A DNA stretch of 64,000 nucleotides from the NCBI RefSeq assembly GCF_001194135.2, contig NC_068986.1, positions 63,238,319 to 63,302,318 of the forward strand, given 5' to 3'. Positions 23,730 to 37,354 of this stretch are shown here, in pieces; position 1 is the first letter of the stretch; each line of letters opens with the position of its first letter. A program made the translations under genes and the position numbers. Under the pieces are notes generated by a model. The model was not told the DNA's origin. It did not search any database and saw nothing but the letters and a program-made list of their open reading frames with translations. The stretch comes from Octopus bimaculoides. Its lineage: Eukaryota.

Positions 23730-23955
23730 TCTCTCTCTCTCCTTGTCTTGACATCATGTGATTACTGCGGGTGAGTGTCCCAGTTATACATGCTTGTCCT
23801 TAATTTGCAATCTTCCATGAAAACATATCTATCTGTGGAGAAATATTACCATTCTTGAAAACAGGTGAGGGCTGGCAACAAGAAAGGCATCCAGAAAAAA
23901 TCCCATACAACTCTTGCAAGCATAGAAAAGTGGTCATCAAAGCAGTGATGAAGCT
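23535..23955 (+). mobile_element. tRNA-derived SINE, family C (family A head and core, RTE-like tail)
   Basis: Same head and core as 16749, then (TG)n(CT)n, then GGCTGGCAACAAGAAAGGCATCCAG...GCATAGAAAAGTGG. Confidence 0.85.
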
Positions 23956-26745
23956 GTTGATATCTCATCATGCAGTTAAGTAATATATTAGATATTTTAT
24001 ATTGATTCCTTATTGGTGCAAGGTTTGAAATTTACAAATAAAAGGAAAGGGATTGTGTGATGTTCATGCTTTTCTCATAAGTATTAGAAACATAATTAAA
24101 TGAATTGACTTTAACTGAGAGTCAAAGCTCTGCTGAATTCTTATGTAATATATTTACTAACTATTACTAATAGGAGCAAGATGCTGTGTTATTAACACAT
24201 TTTTATTTCTTATTTTGGAACATATACGTAAAATTTAAAATTTTATTATTAGTGTCAGCTTTATTATCTAATCCTTGTCCATATTAGTGATAATCATTTG
24301 TCTGGTACTGTAAATGTGAAGGATTGCTTGTAATGGACATTAATGATAATGTGTATGGCATCAATATTAATCTAATTGCTTAAACATCTTAGGTATACAA
24401 ATTATATGGAACTCTCTGGGGGAAATAATAATGTCAGTCTTCGGAATTACATAAGCATGTCATCTTCTGTTAATCGCAGTGTGACATTATTTATTGACCC
24501 ACATTATAAGAAATCATACTTTGGGTTTCCTCTTGATAGTCAATCCTCCTTTATTACAAATGATAACAGCATGTTTATTTTGTTATTGAAAGTTTTAGAA
24601 CTTAGAACTACTTCAAAATCAGCCTCTTCTATTCCTCCCACTTGATCAACCTTATTGCCAAAGATCTCATTTTACTTGGGAATTGTAGATCTGAAGGCTT
24701 CTATTGATGTTTGTATTTCTTTGCTTTCGTTGTTTTTCATTCTTAAATGCCAGCTCTTTTTTCTGTCTTCTTTTAACTACTTGACAGTGGTGCTATAATT
24801 TGCCTTTTGCTTTTTCATATTCTATAATAAATATGCTTGGAAAATCTATGCAATGCAGAGTAAATAAATGTGTTTGACATCAGTTAAATCAATACTAGGA
24901 AACTACGATATCTGTGTTAAAGCAAATATACTTTCAAATTTTACTCTCATGCACAGAAGCAAGCACAAACATACACACACACACACACACACACACGCCT
25001 GCCAGCATAAATCCATACAAATACATTGTAGGTAGTGCTATATGTGAAATAATCCTCTGTAAAACACTGTCCTCAATTGAGCTTACATTTTATATTTTAT
25101 ATACTTTTATAATTTTATATAACTTTTCTTTACACTCTTCAACATTGAGAATTATAGTTAGATTTACTCATAATCATCATTTACATAAAGTTTTAAGTGC
25201 AGTCTTTTTATTAATTTTTTTTTTTTTTTTGCTTTCCTGAAGGGAGGAAATTTATCACAACCACCTTGTCCTTGAATACCACATCAGAGGTTTTACTCTG
25301 TTGCAAGTACCTGAACCATACCACCCTCATTTTTGTTCTTTTATAAATTGAACTGCAGGAGTTAATGGCTAGGCATCAGTTGCCCTAGTTCTAAAGTTTG
25401 GAAAGGTAAAAACAACAGTCCCTCTTCCCCTCTTTAATTTATAAAGAAAAAGAAAGTTAGATATATTTGTTGCATGATGGCATCTTTCTATTGAGTTTAA
25501 CTGTTTATCTTCTTATCTACAGTAAGAGAATGTGTACACAAGTAATTCAGTATTATACATGTAGCCAACTGCATTATTTATAGTTAAAGTGGTGCTACAT
25601 TGTAGTGTTTATGAGTGCTGTACATATAGCTGGGGATATGGGTGAGTTTATCACATTGACAAGATGTACAATTTGAATTGTATGCAGTATCCATTATGAC
25701 TACTGTCAAATATTTCATTTCAGTAGACAAATCTATTTTTAATCGCAGAATGGAAAAAAAAAACTTTTAAATATAATGAAACCATTCTAGAAGTATGTAT
25801 TAGATTATTTTATTGGTTATATTTTAAATTTACCTATTTTTAATAGCAAATTTTGGTGTAAACTCAGCATGAAATCTGTTAGGGAGGCATTTTGAGAAAT
25901 TGATCAGAAAATGATGACAATGATAATAGATGGGATTTTCACTTATATCAATCTTCCTACATTATTCTGTATGACATGATTAAACATGCATGCTCATGCA
26001 CTTATATAAATATAACACAAATGCATCTTTATGAGAAGATACACATCTGAATATATGTGTGTGTGTGTATATATCTGCATACATATATAAATATATATTT
26101 GTGAGGGAGAAAGTCATAGATAACAATATATGTTTATATTTATAGATACAGATGTACAAGGATATAGACACACACGTACACTATGTGAAAGAGTAGATGG
26201 TAGGTTTATTCAGAATATAACTAAAATATCACCACATACACAGGAGTTCATAAATCACCTTCTAAACTACATATTATAATTCAAATTTTTGTACATTTTC
26301 CTGTTTTGTCTCATTTTAGAGTATGAGAAAATTACAAGGACCAAATTTTCAAGGGAGATAAATACTAAAATGTCCATATTTGCATTAATATTCTCCTGAA
26401 TCATAAGACTTCAGAAATAAAAAGTGGTGGGGGGATGTCATTTCCAAATATAGAAAAATTATTATTATTATTTAAATTCATTTATCTTTTTGAATTATAA
26501 ATTTTCTGACCTAACTTTTTTCTTCCATTTATAAACAGTTTAGGCTTCAAGTATTATAGTATCAAATGAAGTATGAAAAAAATTTTCTTAAAATTTCACC
26601 TGCAGTTCTTCTGATGTGATGATCATTATTGTGTTAAATCTAACTGAATATATTTTATGAATCTCCATTAAATAGAAGCAGGTTTTCTGATTCTCTGAAA
26701 TTATCAGTGTTTCTGCTCTCATACGGCTAGTTGTTATCATTTCAT

Positions 26746-27096
26746 TTATGATCTCTGCCTTAGCGAAGGCAGTCATGTTTGTTTGTCTGTGGACAAGATA
26801 TCTTAAGAACTACAGGATAGATTCAGAGGAAAATTTCAGGGTTGTTTGGCCTTGTGATTAGCATGAACTGATTAGATTTTGGGATCAATCTGGTATCGGA
26901 CAAGGATTCTTGATTATTTTTCCTGTTTTTTTACTTAATTTTTGAGAGCGGTCAGGTTCATTTTTAGTATTCTTGTTTGTGAGAGCAGTCAAGTTTATTT
27001 CAGATATTCTCATTTTAAAAATCATCTCTGACTAATCGTTGAGAGGACATTGGTGCTGCCTTGGCGGAAGTTTACACTCTCTGAGTGCCCTTGTTT
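26746..27096 (+). mobile_element. Full-length DINE-1/Helentron-like non-autonomous element (HINE)
   Basis: 5' hairpin CTGCCTT-AGCG-AAGGCAG (26755-72); subTIRs ATCTCTGCC / GGCGGAAGT; GTTT/GTCT repeat; 3' stem-loop CACTC-TCT-GAGTG (27075-87). Confidence 0.75.
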
Positions 27097-27118
27097 ATCT
27101 TGTTTTCACTCCATGTAG

Positions 27119-27655
27119 ATATCATCATCATCATCATCGTTTAATGTCCACCCTCCATGCTGGCATGGGTGGTACAAGAGCCAGTCAGGCAGAAGCCTGA
27201 ACCAAACTTCTAGTGAGAGAGAGAGCAGTGGGGATCATCATAATCATTTTAATGTCTACTTTTCCATGCTTGCATGAGTCAAATAGGATTTGCTGAAACA
27301 GACTTATAATATCAGATATTCCTATCAACAACCCTCACCTGTTTACATGCAAGTAATATTTTCTTCTAATTCAGACATGTTTTGAAGGAGGAAAGCAAAC
27401 AAAGAGCCACTTGTATGATGATGTTTGTTTACAATGTGATACCATAACAAGGAAACAGACACATCAACACATGTACCTGCACACACACGTTTGTGTGAGT
27501 GCACAAACACTCACACACACTTTCGCACATACACATATATGATGAGCTTTATTCACAAGGCTTTGGATGGCCCAGGACTATAATAGAAGACATTTTCTCA
27601 GAGCGCTGTGCAGTGCAATTGAACCAGAAGCCCTGGTGAACTTCCTAACTACAGT
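27119..27655 (-). mobile_element. RTE 3' tail fragment (27119-27215) followed by a SINE family C copy (27230-27655)
   Basis: (ATC)n plus GTTTAATGTCCACCCTCCATGC; then TTTTCCATGCTTGCATG...ACAAGGCTTTGG...CTATAATAGAAGACA. Confidence 0.75.
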
Positions 27656-27894
27656 GATACCAACACACACACACATAACAACATATGTGTGGTATGTATG
27701 TGCATCATTGCTGCTCCTCTTCTTTCCACTCTGCTAACAGGTTCTTGTTGTTGGACGTTAGCAGGATTGAAGAAAGTATATATTTCATTGAGCAATGCAT
27801 ATTTGTTTCACAGAACAACCCCAAGGACACATAACCTGCTGGCAGGCATTTGCAAGCAATTTTTCAGAAACTTAAAACAGTCCACCAGATCTCC

Positions 27895-28735
27895 TCTCAC
27901 TTCTCCAAAGTCCACATCCTTAGGCACAATGAAAGGCTGAAATGTTAGAGTAAAGGCATGTAGATGTAGGTTGTGTGCAAGTAGTAAGATGTGGGTAGCC
28001 TCTAATAGACTCCTCATGGACAAGGAATGTGGGTACAAACTCTTCTGGGATGGTAATAGTGAAGGCAAGGGTGGTATAAGCCTATTCTTAGCAGAGAAAT
28101 GAGTAAATAAAGTGATTGAGATAGTCAGTGTGTGCAATAGGATTGTTACCCAAGATTAGTATTAGATTATACAGCAGGACCTTATTATTATGGATGGTCA
28201 TTTAAGTGAACATGTTGGGCAGCATTCCAGTGGGCATCTTGATGTACATGGATGTCACAGCTTTGGTTCTAGAAATGAGGAGGAAACAAAACTGCTGGAA
28301 TTTTGTGATGCTAATGACTTGTTGATCTGCAACATTAACTTGAGAGAACCTACCAGTCACTTGATTACCTGGTGGGCATACATTCTCACTAGAAACAGGA
28401 GTGGACAGATGCTTATGAATGCATAGATTAGTAGTTAGTAACTTCAGACCTAGGAATAGAGGGACTCAGAGATGCAAACCAATCTGGAAAAGGATATGGA
28501 TGCTTAAGGGTCCTTCAAACTCTCAGAGATTTAGAGATGTATTAATTGATGCATTTGATGAGAAGAAGTTATGTGCATAACATATAGGACAATTGGAAGT
28601 TTTTACAGGACATCCTACTGAGGGCTACAGATTAAATTTATGACTGGTGCAAAGTTTTAGCCAGACTAAGGGTAATGTGGTGGAATAAGGAAAGTAGAGC
28701 CATGAAAGCAGAAAGGCAGACTTGGAAGGTCTAGT
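27895..28735 (+). mobile_element. RTE-clade LINE apurinic endonuclease fragment
   Basis: LGTMKG; YKLFWDGNSEGKGGISLFLAEK; HVGQHSSG...FGSRNEEETKLLEFCDANDLLICN...SHLIT. Confidence 0.85.
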
Positions 28736-29029
28736 ACAGTTATCTACTCTTTTTTTTCTGTTCTTCTATCTCTACTCTCTCTTTCATATTCACCTTGTAC
28801 CTTGACTTCACATCTCTCTCTCTCTCTCTCTCTGCTATTATTCACCTCTTCAACAAAACACCTGCTTCTTTCCCTCTACCATACTTTGACTCTGGAAAGA
28901 AGTCACATAATAAAGAGATAGGTAGGTTAGAATTTATTTTGTGACCATAGCAGTCAGACAATCCTGCAACCCTACTGTTGTCATTCACTCACTACTGACA
29001 CCAACCAATAAAAAAGCCTCAATGTAGTC

Positions 29030-29215
29030 GTTTGCTGATCTTAATAATAGTAGCTAAATGTTCTTCAAATTACACTTTCAAAAGGGAGTGGACACATTGG
29101 ATAATGGCGTCTTAAACATGTGAAGTTTGAAAGAAGGATAGCTCAGTCATTTGTTAAATGCCTTTGAGTGTAGGCCTGATTCAGGGTTAATCTGGAGTTA
29201 AACAACAGCAACAAC
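29030..29215 (+). repeat. Family D repeat
   Basis: TAGCTAAATGTTCTTCAAATTACAC...GGACACATTGGATAATG...GGAGTTAAACAACAGCAAC. Confidence 0.6.
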
Positions 29216-30914
29216 TTAATATTGGTTTATCTTTTTACAACTATTACCAGTTACCTTAAAGCAATGAGATATTATAAAGATTATGAGAAACTATCTTCTG
29301 AGAAATCATAGCTAAAGACAATGTACTATGTCTTACTGTTAATTGTGCTTTGCTTGAATGTTATCTGTGCCTCAGTCCTAACTGTTCTTCAGTACTGTGT
29401 CATTGGGATGTTTATAAAGTTAAATCAACTACTCATTTGAAACATAATGGAGGAACCATTTATGAAATTTTCTTGGAAAAGAGCACTGCAATGGTTTGTT
29501 CTTGTCTTCATGTAGAAATGAAATCTGAGACAGATGGAAGAATTGGAAAATATATAACTGGAATGATTTGTTCAGAAACACCATTTCATGTGGATTTTGA
29601 ACTCTAGAAACAAACTATTCCATCCAGCCATTTCACCCATATGATAGCATGCTTACCTAGCTTAACTCATCCTTCTTTCCATTTCTGTATGTTTTCTTTT
29701 CAAGTTGTTGAAAGAATTCCATTATTTCTTAATATACTCTTTTTTTTAAACTTTTGTAATTATTCCCCCATTTTCTCCTCCTCATTTAAAAGGGAATCAT
29801 TATCTATTATTATTCTAGTGTTGAATTGTCAATTTAATGTTTTCGAGGTTTTACTGTATTAATATTCCAGCCAGCGTGCTGCTGCTTTTGATGATGATGA
29901 TGAGGATGATATAATTCTATTCATTTTCATCTAATTTTGTTTCCAATGAGAAGGCTATATTCTTCAGGCTTGGTAACATAATTTGGATTTCTATTAAGAT
30001 CAAAAAGAAAGAAAAAAATTCACTTAACAGCTCTTAGTTATAGTTTTCCAAAATTTTCTACAAAGATCTGTTGTATTGATTTAAAGAGAAAGGTGTTGTG
30101 CTAAACTGCTGTGTAATGAGCTTTCAATGATGTTCTTCATCGGTTAAATTAAAAGCTAATTTGTTGTAGAATGATTTTTCTTCTTGTCTCATCAAAACAA
30201 ACTCATTGTTCTTTTATTTATTTTCATTGTAAAATTACTATTATTTAGCTACTTCAATATTTTCTATTAACTTGCTAAATATACCTAGCATATGAATAAC
30301 ACTCAGGCTGGATCAGATCATTAAAAAACTATTTGGATTCTGTGCTTTTATTATGCATTGTCTTTAGGCTGAGACTTTCATTACTGCTCATTGAGAGCAT
30401 TTCTCTGAAAATTATTAGTTCATTAGCAGGGAATTAAATGGTGCAATTTCAACATTTTAATAAAAAATTACTACCAAATTATTTTTATATATGATACATT
30501 TGATTTTCATTTGAAACATCTATGTCTAAATATCTAGACTTGGATGGATTAGTAATATATATATAGTACCTTCTGATGGAAGACCAGAAATTGATGGTTT
30601 ATGTACTTTTGATGGTACTGTAATGGATCAGTGGCAAGACACTGTCTCTTACTGCTTACTTTGACTTAGTTGGCTTAATTATATAGGTACTACTATTATC
30701 ATGCTAAAAACAACTATTGGATAAAACTTCCACAAATTTTCCAAGAAAAAGAAACCCTACCCACCTCAGTGAAATTAAGTTCTGGAAGCACTGTGTTCTA
30801 CCCTCCTGTAACACTAAATTTTTCACTCACCCTACCCCTATAAAACAAACTGCATTTTCTCTTCCTCACATTTCCTCTTCTTCATGCACTATGTTTATCT
30901 CTTTCTCCCCACTC

Positions 30915-31085
30915 CTGCTGACCAATCCACTCTGTGGATGGCATTAGGAAGGACTTCCAGTCATAAAAACCATGCCAAAACAGATATTGGAGCTTGGTGC
31001 AGTCCTCTGGCATACCAGCTCCAGTCAAACCATCCATCCCATACCAGCATGGAAGACAGACATTAAATGATGACGATGGTAATGA
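30915..31085 (+). mobile_element. RTE LINE 3' tail fragment
   Basis: GGCATTAGGAAGGACTTCCAG...CCAGCATGGAAGACAGACATTAAATGATGACG. Confidence 0.75.
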
Positions 31086-31419
31086 TGTTTAATAGTCTTT
31101 CCCATCTAGGCAAGAACTTGAAGTCAAATCATCTCTGTAATTAGCTGGAGATTGAAGTATTTACAATTATTGAGCTTCAATCTGCCCATCAACTTTAAGA
31201 AAATACACAAGAGGAGGAGCATTTAAGTGTATCTCTTTTTTATTTGCTACATGATAAATAAGTTTTTAGCTATGTCTCCATGAGCTATTCATCTTATACT
31301 GTGGTTGATGTTGCTAAGAATTTTATGGTATCTCAATAGCTAGTGCAGACCATATTAAATTAAGATATACTTTGAGTGTCCTAACTTTTGAATCTTCTAA
31401 TTTTAAATGTTTTCTTTAT

Positions 31420-31600
31420 GTAGTTGTTATTTAATCCTGGGGTAGGTGAGATTGAGCAAACAAATGATCAGAGGCCATGAGCATCATGTCTTTTCTTAAA
31501 TCAAGGGCTATGTTGTCTAATGTGTACTTCTATGACAACGCAGTGTGATTTAAGGTAAATGTGTGTACTATTTCTAGCAGTCCACATGATCACATTGATA
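31420..31600 (-). repeat. Family D repeat, decayed
   Basis: GTTGTTATTTAATCCTGGGGTAGG...TACTATTTCTAGCAGTCC. Confidence 0.5.
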
Positions 31601-31789
31601 TGTTCTTGTTGGCTCATTATTCTTGCATAGATTATGTGGTATGTGTTATAAGCCTGAATATATTCTTCATGTAAACCACAAAGGAGAAGGTCATTTCAGT
31701 ACCAAATTGAAGAGTTGAATTGTCTTCTAAGACTTCTTTCCTGAGGCATAAAGTTTTTTAACTGATCTGAACTATAAGTGTTCAGTTAC

Positions 31790-31794
31790 ACACA

Positions 31795-31892
<98 letters not shown>

Positions 31893-31925
31893 ATCTATCT
31901 ATCTATCTATCTATCTCTCTCCCTT
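31790..31925. repeat. (CT)n/(CTAT)n microsatellite
   Basis: Seen directly. Confidence 0.95.
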
Positions 31926-32189
31926 CCTCCCTACCTCCTCATTCCATAATATATTTGTTAAAATTTGCCTATGCATTGAGCTATAAACATTTGACTATTT
32001 CCTACTTCAAACTATAAAACTGAAATATATGGGTTTAATTACAAGCGAGTTTTTAACTTCAAAAGCAATATGATTTGGTGAGATATATACTGGGTTTCTT
32101 ACATATCCAGACCTTGTTTCTAAAGAAACTCTGTTCCTTTAACTATTTACTTAGCAGTTTTTATGGAACTTTAAGAAAATATACTATTG

Positions 32190-32727
32190 TCTAATAGCAA
32201 TCTGATGCATACCCTGCTACCCCCATTCTTCCAGGCCTGTTTCTTAGCTCTAATGGCCCTGTCTCCTGCATTGTTCCACCACCACATTATCCCAGGTCTG
32301 GATGGGACTTTACACCAGCCACAGATTTGGTCTGTGGTACAGATTTGATCTGTCCCTCTGGAATTCCCAGTTGCCCTCTATGGTATAAGTCTGTAGCTTC
32401 TCCTTTTCATCGAATTTCTCAGTTAGGATGTCCCTAAATCTCTGACCATATGAAGGGTCTTTAAGCTTCCAAATCTTCCTTTTCCAGATTGGTTTACATC
32501 TTGGCATCCTTCTGGCCTGAAGACTAAAGTCACTAGTGACTAGTTTATGCTGGTGGGATACATTCTTCACTAGGGAGGGTCTTTGTATTTAGGAGCAACC
32601 ATGCATCACACTTTTTGGTGAGAACGTAATCAATTTGGCTAGCACAGACACTTGATTGTTAGGTTATCAGGTGGCTGACTGGCTTCCTGAAGTTCATGTT
32701 GCAGAGCAAGAGGTTATTTGCATCACA
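32190..32727 (-). mobile_element. RTE-clade LINE fragment (APE C-terminus and linker)
   Basis: CDANNLLLCNMNFRKPVSHLIT, SQIDYVLT, QHKLVTSDF, WKLKDP, WWWNNAGDRAIRAKKQAWK. Confidence 0.88.
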
Positions 32728-33064
32728 TATATATGTAAAATATAAAAATCATTGCTAATCCAAACAAGCTGTAGTATATAAGAAATAAACGAAGTTGATA
32801 ATGTGCAGAGTAGTATATATGAAGATTTATTTAGATATCAAAATAATGCAGTTGACTGGTTTCACTTTTGTATGATTTTCCAAAGTGTACATTATGAAGA
32901 CCGTGGAGGTGTGTCACAAACTGACAGTTTGCAACGCAGCCCCACATTTCTCATAATCTATATAGGTATTTTTGAAAATCATACAAATATGAAATCAGCC
33001 AAGTGTATTATTTTGAAATTTAAGTAAGTCATCAAATATACTCTGCATTATCAACTTTTATTTC

Positions 33065-33235
33065 TTATGTATGTCTGTATGTTTGTGTAACTGACATACA
33101 ACTTATGTCATTGACTTCCAGTATTCTGTGTAAACATGTCTGGCCACAGAAAATCTGCCTCAATAAAATTTCATCCAGCCAATTCAAGCATGGAATTGTG
33201 GATGTTAAAACACAACAATGATGATGATGAATAAA
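33065..33235 (+). mobile_element. SINE family C 3' part
   Basis: CAAGCATGGAATTGTGGATGTTAAAAC...GATGATGATG tail. Confidence 0.6.
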
Positions 33236-35609
33236 TACAAGAATAGTAAATGGCAGACCATGGATATCTTTCAATATTTGATCACATTCCTTTCTACCTG
33301 GATATGACTAGAGTCAGCTTCGTACTTCTTACAATAAATTCAGTACCAATGACATACAGATGTCAAATTAATCAACTGTATACCTTTCCTCAAAATTTGT
33401 GACCTAATTTTACTGTTAGAGATCATTATAAGGACAACAACAAGTCATCAAAAGAAAACTTTGAATTAAGATATATTAGGCGATTTTTAATAGAACTATT
33501 GAAATAGGAAAAATAAGACCTGCGGCAGTTTCTGTAAAAGATTCTTTCAAATAATAGTGAAAGAAAAAAGATAAGTATTTTCATAAAAGACAAGAACCCC
33601 CATGATGAAAAAGCAATTAAAAACTAAAAATGTTAAAAAAGAAATCAACAGCTTCAAATTTCAAGCTGAAATAATAATTGAAAATTGGTAGCAATGTTGA
33701 TAATATTGCTAGAAGCACAATTAACAACTTGATGGCAGTTGGAAGAGTTTTTTGCTGTGATTGTTGTTATTAACAGTAATATGTATAGAATACAGTTGAA
33801 ATGATAAGGTGCGACACTCTTGAGATATTATAGTATTTTCTCTTGGCTTAGTGTATGAGTTTAGTACTTGGAGTGATTCCAATGTACTTCAAGAGAATAT
33901 CAGTTTATACCTCATGGCTGCAACCTGCTTTGATGTTACTGAATGTCTGGACTGTTCCTTTTCTCAAAGTTGGATTTTTTTTTTTTATTTGGCACTATAT
34001 ATTGTATAAGATATTGAAATACCTACTTATAGATCATGAGATCAAATCTCCAACAAATGTTGCATTGTATTTCTGAGCAGAATACACTACTGTACATTGC
34101 TTCAGCTAGATCTGGAATGTTACTAGCAATTTATTGTCACCCTACCCACAAGGAGAGAGAGAGATATTTCTTCTACTTCACATTATGAAACTAGGTTGAT
34201 TATAATTATCACTTAATCCAATATCTACATTTATGTTTTTCTAGACTCAGTTCAAATTATGTGGTAGGTAACCCAATCCCATAAAATCAACATTACTGTG
34301 TACCAGCAGAAATCATATTGCTAATTCCTGCTGCAACTAGAATTATCTTCCTTTACGTGTTATATGATATAAGTGGAGTAGGCAATGGTTATCAAAAACA
34401 CAAGCTATGTGCTTCCATTTTAAGAACAGACTAGTAAGCTTCTTGATTTACATTTCATAACTATGATGCAGTTATGACATAGTGTTAGATGTTTTGGTTG
34501 GATCTAGATGTGCCCCTAGAATTAGTCTCTTTAATGCTAGAGATATTCTCCACTACCAAACAAAATGGGAGAAATATTAAATATTTAATGGATCTGTGAA
34601 AATAGGCATACGTCTGATAGTTTAAGAATTTTACTCACAATTTGGTTTTGTGAATAAACCATTGTTCTAGATTATTGGTGTTTATTTTGATTACTGATAT
34701 ATGCTGGTGGTGTATCATTACTCCTATTTGTTGTCTAATATCATAGCTGATAGGTGAGTCACTACTGTACTTCATTTCAAAATAATTGACTGAGTGACTT
34801 TGCTGCCAAATCAAAATTACTAAATGGTTGAATATTAGTTCCTAACTTCTAAACCTATATCTGGTGTTAACCTACCTGACAAAGGGTGTATCTTCAAGGA
34901 AGATTTTAGGTGACTGTTGAAAAGGCTGCTGTGTTAACTGATAAAATTGCACTGCTACTATGCAATATTGGCAAACAAGGTGAAGATATTTGTATCAATT
35001 TCATGTATGTGGATGGTTATAGTAAAAAAAATTATATATGTGAATATCATAGACAGCTGTAATTGTTGCTGATTTAGCCAGCCTCTTCTGAGGTTACATT
35101 TTGTATTTTGATGCATTAATACAAGAGTTGTTTTTACTAATTTTATAAAAGGATCCCAATCCTGTTAAGTCACGTATTCTAATCATCTGGATATTGTCAA
35201 ATAAGAAGAATCAATCAATCTATGAAAGTTAATATGATGACTGGCATTTATTCCAGCTTGCCATTAGATATCTATAGATACAGATGCAAGAGACTCTGGG
35301 ATAGACACATACTGGATTTTAAATGAGGATTTCTTAATTGAATCACCAACATTTGACTATGTAACAAATTGTTTTAGGTTACATGTTGCCAGTAGTACTC
35401 AGAGTAACCTGACATCTGATTAATACATAATTTCAAGGAAACTGATGACCTTGGTTTACTTCATAGAGTCAGAGAATACACAATACGTATTGCACTAAAC
35501 CTTACAGTTATAAATGTCTTAGACATATGTGAGTAAAAAGTTGGATAAAAGTGCCATGAGCTCTAAGCTGAAGCCTATAACGTTTTGTTTTATTTTCACC
35601 TAATATCAT

Positions 35610-36160
35610 CGTGATTATCATCCTTTAATATTCGTTTTCCATGCAGGCATGAGTTGGGTAGTTTGACTAGAGCTGGCAAGTTAGAGAGCTGCACCAGGTT
35701 TCAGTCTGATTTGGCTTGGTTTCTACAACTGAATGCTCTTTCTAACACCAACCACTTTACAGTATGTGTTGGTTGCTTTTAACATGGCACTGGCACAAGT
35801 GCTTTTTCCATGGTACTGACACAGGATTCTATCAGGCCAATCCTCTTCACCAGGGAAAGCAGCCTTAATATTTCTGCTGTGGAAGACAGGTCTTCCTGAG
35901 TACAGCAAGGCACCAGGTAGCTTAGTCTTTTGTCATCATGTCTGAAAGGTTCAGTGTCCTGAGGTTGTCCTTCATTATTTTGTCCCATGTCTTCCTGGGC
36001 CTCCCTCTTCCAAGAGTTTCATCTACTTTGAGAGATCAACACTTCTTTATGGAGCTGTTGGCATCCATCCACATCACATGACCAAACCAGTGCAGTCTTC
36101 TCTCTTGCACCTTGCATCTAATTCCTCTTGTACCTAGCTTCTCTCTCAAATCACTAGGGG
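35610..36160 (-). mobile_element. RTE-clade LINE 3' end
   Basis: LREKLGTRGIRCKVQERRLHWFGHVMWMD...GRGRPRKTWDKIMKD, followed by the RTE 3' UTR. Confidence 0.88.
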
Positions 36161-36239
36161 AAATCTTGAGGAAATCAGCTTTGTAGAACTATGTTACTGT
36201 ATTCCCAAAAGGAGTTGTACTCATGACCACCAGCTAAGA

Positions 36240-36490
36240 AAAAACCTTGTTTATGAGCCAATTAACGAACATCTACATGTCACTCAGCCTGCTAGAAATA
36301 GCAGCCAAATATCACTGAAATCATGCCCTACAATTTTAAAAAAATAAGGACATACTGTATAATATAGTCTGAGGTACACTATGCCTTGAACAAAGAAAGC
36401 AAATTAAGAAGTTACAATTGGAATGCCTTTTGTTTATAAATCTAAACAATCAGAGCTAGCTTGGTGGAGTGAGCTAAACAACACAATTAA
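36240..36490 (+). repeat. Family D repeat, longest copy
   Basis: CCTGCTAGAAATAGCAGCCAAAT...GGAATGCCTTT...GCTAAACAACAC. Confidence 0.65.
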
Positions 36491-37354
36491 CATTGTCAAT
36501 TTCATAGTATTACTCTAGTAAGTAGTGGTTACTTTGTTACCCATTTAACTGCCTTTGATATGGACATAATGTAATGGTGGTGGTACTAGAATATGAACCA
36601 CTAGCCTATCAGTTTGTAGGTTATCCAATACCTTACTAACTTCATCACTCAGACCCTCGTGGACTATACATCAATCACTCTGTTATACCCAACACTGAAT
36701 ATGCAATCTTTATTCATATTTTTAAAAACTGAAGAAGGTGAATTAAGTAATGAGAATACTTTCAAATGTGTAATTGTCAGGCATTTAAAGTTTATTTCAG
36801 AATCTCATATTTGAATTAGATTTGTGATTAATATGAAAATTAAATTGTATGAATTACTAAGTGTTTTAATTATATGACATAGAAATCAAACTATGGCTAA
36901 ATTGTCTTAAAGTCATTAAAGAGCACTATGAAGAATCTTTAGTGATCAAATGGCATAGTTTTGTGAAAAATTAAGTGGTTTGAAACATCAAAGGAATGAA
37001 GAAATAATTAAGTTTAATGGTAAAGATTGGGTCAATGCTTCAGTCCTTGCCTGAAGGTTAGTTAATACTTGAAGCAGTATAATGGATAGTCTAAGGTACA
37101 AGAAGAGGAAGGCCTAGTTCTATGTAGCTAAGAACAATATATAGAGAAAGAGATGATAGCAGAGGTTGAAACAGAAGCACAAAATAGATGACTGACAAAG
37201 ATATGTGGAGATTTTTTATGTCAAATAGCATTGTAGACATTAATAGTAACAGTTGCTTTCACATTGGTTTATTAATTGGTCCCATACAACTGATTGAATA
37301 TTGTTTTTGCCAAACATTTTCTCAAGTAGGGTTAACTGTAGTTTTTCAAATGTA

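Noticed and set aside
24376-24760. Possible ORF or gag-like remnant
   Set aside because: No recognisable motif on either strand, and multiple stops.
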